Of a stretch of 64,000 nt of DNA, positions 59,101-64,000 are shown in pieces. Under the pieces are notes generated by a model. It had not been told where the DNA came from and made no database searches. It worked only from the letters and a program-made list of their open reading frames with translations. Where the stretch lies: the NCBI GenBank assembly GCA_964430505.1, contig CAYSGH010000010.1, positions 13,959-77,958 of the forward strand, in the 5' to 3' direction. Made by a program: the position numbers and the translations under genes. Position 1 is the stretch's first letter. The number at the start of each line of letters is the position of its first letter. The DNA comes from an uncultured Akkermansia sp. Lineage in GTDB: Bacteria; Verrucomicrobiota; Verrucomicrobiia; Limisphaerales; UBA9464.

Positions 59101-59696
59101 TCGTTGGAGGCATGGTCCGTGGCTGCGCCGGAGCCCCCGAAACCCGCATGGAGGTAATCGATCCCGGAATCCACGACGCCGATGCGAAGCCCGCGGCCCG
59201 TGTGGGGCGTGAGGGCGGTCCAGGCGACGGGCGCGCGGACGAACGGGACGCTCGAGGCCGTCGAACGTGCGTGATGCCGTTCCTCCAGGACGCGCGCCAC
59301 GCCGGGGAGCGCTGCCAGCGCATCCACGGACCCGGCGGGCACTTCCACCCATGCGCCGTGATTGAGCAATTCCCACGTCATCAACACTCGGCCGCCTTGT
59401 GCCCCGATGGCGGCGGCGAGGCGCGCCTGGTCCGCCCGAAGCCGCGCCCGGGCGCCGTCGATCTGCGGGGGCGTGGCCCGGCGCAGGTGCCACTCGGCGA
59501 TGGGTTCGCCGTCCAGCAGCACGATCCGGCGCACCGGCGGGGGCCGTGATGGCGCTGGCTCGGCGGCGCGCAGGTCGCACGGCAGGCTGGCGAAAAGCAC
59601 GCCGGCCGCCGCCACGACGCTTCGCAAGCCCAACCTCGGCGTGCGGCCCGTGGGCCGACCGATCGGGCGGGGCGAGGCGTTGCCGCTTGCGTTCAT
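56127..59696 (-). CDS. Secreted S8 subtilisin-family serine protease with PA domain and a C-terminal Ca-binding (thrombospondin type 3-like) repeat region
   Basis: Triad IGVVDSGIDYLHAGF, NGHGSHVAGIAAG, TGTSMASPHVAGAAALV. PA-like NIALVDRGTCFFLDKI...ATAVVVVNN. C-terminal DTDADSLPDAWE...DRDGDGFSETVEWQAGTDP. Confidence 0.9.
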   Translation of the reverse strand: MNASGNASPRPIGRPTGRTPRLGLRSVVAAAGVLFASLPCDLRAAEPAPSRPPPVRRIVLLDGEPIAEWHLRRATPPQIDGARARLRADQARLAAAIGAQGGRVLMTWELLNHGAWVEVPAGSVDALAALPGVARVLEERHHARSTASSVPFVRAPVAWTALTPHTGRGLRIGVVDSGIDYLHAGFGGSGAATDHASNDPAVVEPGTFPTAKVTGGTDLVGDDYDSASASSSSPQPDPDPLDPSANGHGSHVAGIAAGMGVLADGSTFRGPYDAAAGSNAWRIGPGVAPEATLHAIKVFGRGGLTSTSIILQALDHVADPDRNGNPSDHLDVANLSLGSSFGTDDAEEPQAAAIRRLLGLGCVVVLSSGNGGNAAYKVDSPACAAAAIAVANAYDDGFGTGAIAIDGPDWVAGKAAAVEGQFTPPLATLPKLTGRLVQVIPNLACDPIQNGAELAGNIALVDRGTCFFLDKIRALQAVGATAVVVVNNVDGPPIVMGASGPAADMTIPAVMISRPDGDRIKAALAGGVTVTLGDDVRIGFPELADSMNESSSRGPVWPTARLKPDLAAPGSSIESVRAGSGNLAAPMTGTSMASPHVAGAAALVRQARPQWPGRDIKSALMNTAVSPLRGTNGAAFPESWAGAGRLDVAAAARTTVVAYSATNPEAVSLSFGRIVAWQPLVRTQSVTVVNHGPEAVTLRAEATSTLAQPGARVVVVPETLTVPPNGSVQVGVRLEVDPARLVPNADLASATQSLGRARQGIPEASGQVWFRGGTVDVHVPWHAVVRAVGQPVATAPLSGVATGDPVAVTLPTAPTTSPADGGWVAVFQRGYFNTSATASGDGLATDIVAAGAASDFPAKGSMASTTLSFGVAMAGAWATPSRAFTRVDVEIDRDGNGTVDATLSNADTGLVTANNLSDEKSATDGHVAAARNGSAAWVAAADWNRLLASEADPAALENGAMVLSASASALGITSTTAVVRYRVRTDGSFADSTPWIVFHPARPLIDGTASVRPGGLWQREGRTVAAAVRRSNASVNGATATGRIHALLLHLHARPGAQAESVALDLAQPDTDADSLPDAWELSALGDLQGTPVSDRDGDGFSETVEWQAGTDPLLRDALVGGRPTADGALLEWTGTPGRSFSVLRADALGGPYAVWKTGLLATNGIQVLLDSTDGAPGGSRFYRLRLGP

Positions 59697-60565
59697 GCGC
59701 GCGGGGCTTGGGGTCTCGAAAGCCCCAGCCGCTTGGCCACTTCCTCCGCGAGGACCTCGTACGCCGCCGCGCCCGCGCTGTAGCGGTCGTAGTGGATGAT
59801 GGGCTTGCCGAAGCTGGGCGCCTCCGCCAGCCGCGTCGTCCGGGGAATCACCGTGTCGAAGACGCGGTCGCCAAAGTGCTGGCGCACCTCCCCCACCACG
59901 GACTGCGAGAGCTTCGTGCGGGCATCAAACATGGTCATCAACACCCCGAGGATCTCCAGCCCGGGGTTGATGCCGCCGTCCCGGATCTGGGAAAGAATGC
60001 GGCTCACGGCGGCAATCCCCTCCAGCGCGAAGTACTCGCATTGCAGCGGGATGATGAGGCGGTCCACCGCCGCATACGCGTTGAGCGTGAGCAACCCCAA
60101 CGAAGGCGGGCAATCCACCAGGATCACGTCGAACCGCCCGGAGTCCCGCACCGGCCCCAGGATGCGGCGCAGGCGGTTCAGGTTGTCGTCCGAGCGCGCC
60201 AGCTCCACCTCCGCGCCGCACAGGTCCACCTCGCTGGGAATGATGGAGAGATTTGGGAACGGCGTGGGCTGGATGCGCCCGAGCAGGTCGCCGTCGCCCA
60301 CCAACGGCCGGTACACGGACCCACCCTCGGTCTTTTCAACGCCGACGGCGGAGGTGGCGTTGGCCTGGGAGTCGAGGTCCACCAGCAGGATGCGATGCCC
60401 TTGCGCCGCGAGGCACGCCGCGAGGTTGACGGTGGTGGTGGTCTTGCCGACGCCGCCCTTTTGGTTGGCGACGGCGACGACATGCGTGATGGGCGGGACG
60501 TGCTCTGGCACGCGACAATCAAGGGACAGCCCCAACCCCGCTGGCAATCCCGAAACCGGCCGCAT
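59693..60565 (-). CDS. parA: ParA/Soj-family ATPase
   Basis: Deviant Walker A VVAVANQKGGVGKTTTTVNLAA, ILLVDLDSQANAT, VILVDCPPSLGLLTLNA. The stop overlaps the ATG of the downstream S8 protease (ATGA at 59693-59696). ATG 60565 was chosen to avoid overlap with glpF. Confidence 0.88.
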   Translation of the reverse strand: MRPVSGLPAGLGLSLDCRVPEHVPPITHVVAVANQKGGVGKTTTTVNLAACLAAQGHRILLVDLDSQANATSAVGVEKTEGGSVYRPLVGDGDLLGRIQPTPFPNLSIIPSEVDLCGAEVELARSDDNLNRLRRILGPVRDSGRFDVILVDCPPSLGLLTLNAYAAVDRLIIPLQCEYFALEGIAAVSRILSQIRDGGINPGLEILGVLMTMFDARTKLSQSVVGEVRQHFGDRVFDTVIPRTTRLAEAPSFGKPIIHYDRYSAGAAAYEVLAEEVAKRLGLSRPQAPRA

Positions 60566-60687
60566 GGCGCGGCGCTCGGACGGGGCTGCGGTTGAGGTCG
60601 GTGGCGTTGGGCCGGGGCGTTTTCGCGTTTCCCACGGAGGGGTGCGATGGGGCAACCTTTTCACGATCCCGTTGGGTGTTGGAGCGC

Positions 60688-61419
60688 ATGAAACCATTTC
60701 TGGCGGAGCTGTTGGGCACGGCATTGCTGGTGTTGTTGGGCAATGGCGTGGTGGCGAACGTGGTGCTGAAGCAGACGAAGGGGCACGCCTCGGGCTGGCT
60801 GGTCATCACCACGGGATGGGCGCTGGCGGTGACCTTCGCGGTGTACTGCGTGAACGCGTTCAGCGGGGCGCACCTGAACCCGGCGGTGACCGTGGGGCTG
60901 GCGTCGATCGGGAGGCTGGAGTGGGTGACGGTGCCGACCTACGTGGCGGCGCAGATGGCGGGGGCTTTCGTGGGGGCGGCCCTGGTGTGGTTGGCCTACT
61001 TGCCGCACTGGGGACTCACGGACGATGCCGGTGCCAAGCTCGCCGCGTTCGCCACCGCGCCCGCCGTCCGAAGCCCGCTCGCCAACGTCGCGTGCGAGGC
61101 CATCGGGACCGGCGTCCTGATGCTGGGCGTCCTCGCGATTCTCTCGCCTGCGAACTTGGTCCCCAACACGGGGTTCGAGAAGGGGTTCGCTCCGGCGTTG
61201 GTGGGCGTGATCGTGTGGGCCGTGGGGATCTCTCTGGGCGGGCCGACCGGGTACGCGATCAACCCGGCCCGCGACCTGGGGCCGCGCATCGCCCATGCGG
61301 TGCTGCCGGTCGCGGGGAAGGGCGGGTCGGACTGGTCGTATGCGTGGGTGCCGGTCGTCGGGCCGCTGCTGGGAGGCGTGCTCGGGGCCTGGGTGTACCG
61401 GCTGTTGTGGGGCGCGTGA
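60688..61419 (+). CDS. glpF: Aquaglyceroporin (MIP family glycerol uptake facilitator)
   Basis: MKPFLAELLGTALLVLLGNG, first NPA box SGAHLNPAVTVG, second NPA box INPARDLGPRIAH. Confidence 0.92.
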   Translation: MKPFLAELLGTALLVLLGNGVVANVVLKQTKGHASGWLVITTGWALAVTFAVYCVNAFSGAHLNPAVTVGLASIGRLEWVTVPTYVAAQMAGAFVGAALVWLAYLPHWGLTDDAGAKLAAFATAPAVRSPLANVACEAIGTGVLMLGVLAILSPANLVPNTGFEKGFAPALVGVIVWAVGISLGGPTGYAINPARDLGPRIAHAVLPVAGKGGSDWSYAWVPVVGPLLGGVLGAWVYRLLWGA

Positions 61420-61485
61420 TGCGCGCCGAGGACCCGCGCCGCGTTTTTCAAGGCTCTTGAACCGTCTCCCCGTGTTGAATCCCCC

Positions 61486-62973
61486 ATGAAAGCCATCCTT
61501 GCCCTGGACCAGGGCACCACCAGCTCGCGCGCCATCTTGTTCGACCACTCCGGCGGGGTGGTGGCGGTGGCGCAGAAGGAGTTCCCCCAGTTGTTCCCGA
61601 GGCCCGGCTGGGTCGAGCACGACCCCGCCGCGATCTGGTCGTCGCAATGGGAGGTCGCGCGCGACGTGCTCGCCAAGGCGGACATCTCCCCGACGGACGT
61701 CGCGGGCATCGGCATCACCAACCAGCGGGAGACGACGCTGGTGTGGGATCGGAAGACGGGCCGCCCGATCCACAACGCCATCGTGTGGCAGGACCGGCGG
61801 ACGGCACCGATGTGCGACGCCCTGAGGCGGCGTGGGCTGGCCCCGCTTATCCGGCGCAAGACAGGGCTCGTGGTGGACGCGTACTTCAGCGCGACCAAGG
61901 TGGCGTGGTTGTTGAAGCACGTGGCCGGCGCCATGGCGCGGGCGCGGCGCGGCGAGCTGGCCTTTGGAACGGTGGACTCGTGGCTCGTCTGGAACCTCAC
62001 GGGCGGCCGGGTGCACGTGACGGACGCGAGCAACGCCTCGCGGACGATGCTCTACAACCTGCGCACGGGGGACTGGGACGACGAGTTGCTGGGGATCTTC
62101 GGCGTGCCGCGCTCGATGCTCCCGGAGGTGCGGTCGTCCAGCGAGGTGTACGGCGAGGCCAGGCTGGGGTCCGTGCCGGTGCCGATCACGGGCATCGCGG
62201 GCGACCAGCAGGCGGCCTTGTTCGGGCAGGCGTGCCATGCGCCCGGCATGGCCAAGAACACGTATGGAACGGGCTGCTTCATGCTGATGCACACGGGCGA
62301 CCGATTGATCCGGTCCAAGAACAACCTGCTGACGACCGTGGCGTGGCGCGTGGGTGGCAAGACGGAGTTTGCCCTGGAGGGAAGCGTGTTCATCGCGGGC
62401 GCGGCGGTGCAGTGGCTGCGCGACGGGCTGGGGATCATCCAGTCGAGCTCGGACGTGGAGGCATTGGCGGCATCGGTGTCGGACAACGGCGGGGTGTACG
62501 TGGTGCCGGCGTTCGCGGGGCTGGGGACGCCGCACTGGGATGCCTACGCGCGCGGCGCGATCCTCGGGCTCACGCGCGGCAGCACGGCGGCGCACGTGGC
62601 GCGCGCCACGTTGGAGGGGATCGCGTTCCAGGTGCGCGACGTCCTCGAGGCGATGCACCGGGACGCGGGCATCCGCCTGCGGGAGCTGCGCGTCGATGGC
62701 GGCGCCTCCACCAACAACCTGCTCATGCAGTTCCAGTCCGACATCCTCGGCGTGCCGGTCGTCCGGCCTCGGGTGGCCGAGACGACGGCGCTGGGCGCGG
62801 CGTACCTGGCCGGGCTGGCGGCGGGGTTCTGGGAGGATCGGCGCGACATCGCGCGGCAATGGCAGGTGGACCGGCGGTTTGCGCCGGGGATGCGGCCGGC
62901 GCCGCGCAAGGCGTTGATCCAAGGCTGGGAGAAGGCGCTTGGGCGTTCCAAGGCATGGGCCGCGGAGGAGTGA
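61486..62973 (+). CDS. glpK: Glycerol kinase
   Basis: [84 protein letters not shown]. Confidence 0.95.
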   Translation: MKAILALDQGTTSSRAILFDHSGGVVAVAQKEFPQLFPRPGWVEHDPAAIWSSQWEVARDVLAKADISPTDVAGIGITNQRETTLVWDRKTGRPIHNAIVWQDRRTAPMCDALRRRGLAPLIRRKTGLVVDAYFSATKVAWLLKHVAGAMARARRGELAFGTVDSWLVWNLTGGRVHVTDASNASRTMLYNLRTGDWDDELLGIFGVPRSMLPEVRSSSEVYGEARLGSVPVPITGIAGDQQAALFGQACHAPGMAKNTYGTGCFMLMHTGDRLIRSKNNLLTTVAWRVGGKTEFALEGSVFIAGAAVQWLRDGLGIIQSSSDVEALAASVSDNGGVYVVPAFAGLGTPHWDAYARGAILGLTRGSTAAHVARATLEGIAFQVRDVLEAMHRDAGIRLRELRVDGGASTNNLLMQFQSDILGVPVVRPRVAETTALGAAYLAGLAAGFWEDRRDIARQWQVDRRFAPGMRPAPRKALIQGWEKALGRSKAWAAEE

Positions 62974-62988
62974 CATCGCGAGGGGATT

Positions 62989-63127
62989 GGGGAACGCCGC
63001 GTGGGGGCACGCGGCCTACGGATGGGCATGCGATGGTAGGCCGGGTGCCTTCACCCGGCGCTGGGATGAGGGATTTGGGACAGGCATGGGGAACGCCGCG
63101 TGGGGGGGCACGCGGCCTGCGGATGGG
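62989..63127. repeat. Intergenic REP-like array: two direct copies of a ~38-nt hairpin unit flanking a third related hairpin
   Basis: Unit 1 (62989-63026) and unit 2 (63088-63127) read GGGGAACGCCGCGTG-G(4/6)-CACGCGGCCT(A/G)CGGATGGG, with 8-bp stems GCCGCGTG/CACGCGGC. The central hairpin at 63040-63059 reads GCCGGGTG-CCTT-CACCCGGC. Confidence 0.85.
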
Positions 63128-63147
63128 AAGGGCGGCATGAACTTGGA

Positions 63148-64000
63148 ATGAAGGCGTTGGTGGCTGGCATTCGCAGGGCGCTGCACGGGCCGTGCGCGGT
63201 CCCGTTGGGCGCGCCGTTGATGGTGGCGGTCTCGGGCGGGGCGGACTCGATGGCCTTGCTCCATGGGCTGGCGCGATTGCCGCGTCGGGATCGCCATGCG
63301 TTGGTGGTGGCGCACCTGGACCACGGGCTGCGGGGCGAGGCGTCGCGTGAGGACGCGCGGTTCGTCCGGGAATGGGCGGGCAAGCTGGGCGTCCCCTTTC
63401 ACGGGGAGACGGTGTCGGTCCGCGACGCGGCCGAGCGGACGCGGGAGGGCCTTGAGACGACGGCGCGGCATTTGCGGCACCAGTTCCTTGCGAGGATGGC
63501 CGCGGAGACGGGCGTGGCGCACGTGGCGTTGGCGCATCACGCACGCGACCAGGCGGAGTTGTTCTTCCTTCGGTTGATGCGCGGCTCCGGGACGGAGGGA
63601 CTGGCCGGGATGCGGCATCGGGGACCGTCGTCGGCCGAGCCCTCGGTGACGTTGGTGCGGCCGTTGCTGGAGGAGTCGCCGGAGGCTCTCCGCGAGGCGT
63701 TGGCCTCGGAGGGCTTGCCGTGGCGCGAGGACGCCACGAACGAGGACACGAGCATCCCGCGCAATGCCATCCGGCACGGGTTGCTGCCGGTGTTGCGGCG
63801 GCTGGCGGGGCCGTCGGCCGAGGCGCTCGTGGTGCGGGCGATGTCGGTGTTGCGGGAGGAGTCGGACTTCGTGGACGCGGCGTTGGAGCGGGCGTTGATG
63901 GAGGGGCAAGCGATGGAGGGCTTGCCCTTGGCGTTGCGGCGGCGCGCGGTGGTTCGGCAGTTGATCGCGTTGGGGCACGAGCCCACGCACGAGCTGGTGG
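63148..64000 (+). CDS. tilS: tRNA(Ile)-lysidine synthase; 3-prime partial (runs off the window)
   Basis: It is not in the ORF track because no stop is reached. ATG 63148 gives MKALVAGIRRALHGPCAVPLGAPLMVAVSGGADSMALLHGLA (PP-loop SGGxDS), VVAHLDHGLRGEASREDARFV, and later WREDATNEDTSIPRNAIRH. Confidence 0.88.
   Translation, partial: MKALVAGIRRALHGPCAVPLGAPLMVAVSGGADSMALLHGLARLPRRDRHALVVAHLDHGLRGEASREDARFVREWAGKLGVPFHGETVSVRDAAERTREGLETTARHLRHQFLARMAAETGVAHVALAHHARDQAELFFLRLMRGSGTEGLAGMRHRGPSSAEPSVTLVRPLLEESPEALREALASEGLPWREDATNEDTSIPRNAIRHGLLPVLRRLAGPSAEALVVRAMSVLREESDFVDAALERALMEGQAMEGLPLALRRRAVVRQLIALGHEPTHELV

Noticed and set aside
1-64000. tRNA, rRNA or tmRNA genes anywhere in the window.
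   Set aside because: I noticed no T-loop-like GGTTCGAATCC-type motifs or rRNA-like conserved stretches while reading the intergenic regions. This was an unaided visual scan, so tRNAscan-SE/Infernal should confirm it.

Overview
This is a high-GC chromosomal window. Hand counts of single 60-nt lines give about 67-78% G+C in the flanks. The gene repertoire looks like a Verrucomicrobiota/Planctomycetota-type bacterium: a PEP-CTERM protein, prepilin-type H-X9-DG proteins, two tandem DUF1501 + DUF1549/DUF1553 pairs, and a cytochrome-c/FGE fusion. The taxon is inference only. I support 38 protein-coding calls plus two gene remnants. Recognisable housekeeping genes are thrB, a gpsA-plsY-(PNPOx-like)-lnt block, a four-gene MacAB-like ABC exporter operon, gcvT, topB, a comF-family gene, parA, glpF-glpK and a 3-prime-partial tilS. 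I saw no rRNA, tRNA, CRISPR array, transposase or integrase. Many long ORFs in the six-frame track are antisense or out-of-frame shadows typical of high-GC DNA, and I rejected them. The main hunt result is a lower-GC island at about 37.0-48.9 kb (about 48-62% in sampled lines). It encodes a PLD-nuclease/SNF2-helicase fusion, a 1370-aa gamma-class N6-adenine methyltransferase, and a translationally coupled AAA_13/PrrC-like ABC ATPase with an unassigned C-terminal half. A DUF4062/HATPase_c_4 gene has been inserted between helicase and methylase, leaving a diverged 141-nt duplicate of the helicase 3-prime end. The parts resemble RM, DISARM class 1 and PrrC logic, but I cannot place the combination in any named system from memory. 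Secondary observations are a hicB gene with a truncated hicA remnant, a 2160-aa secreted protein of unknown function, in-frame tandem 9-nt and 12-nt repeats in two genes, a G-rich intergenic element present twice, and a triple-hairpin REP-like spacer after glpK. All domain assignments come from motif recognition by eye. No searches were run.
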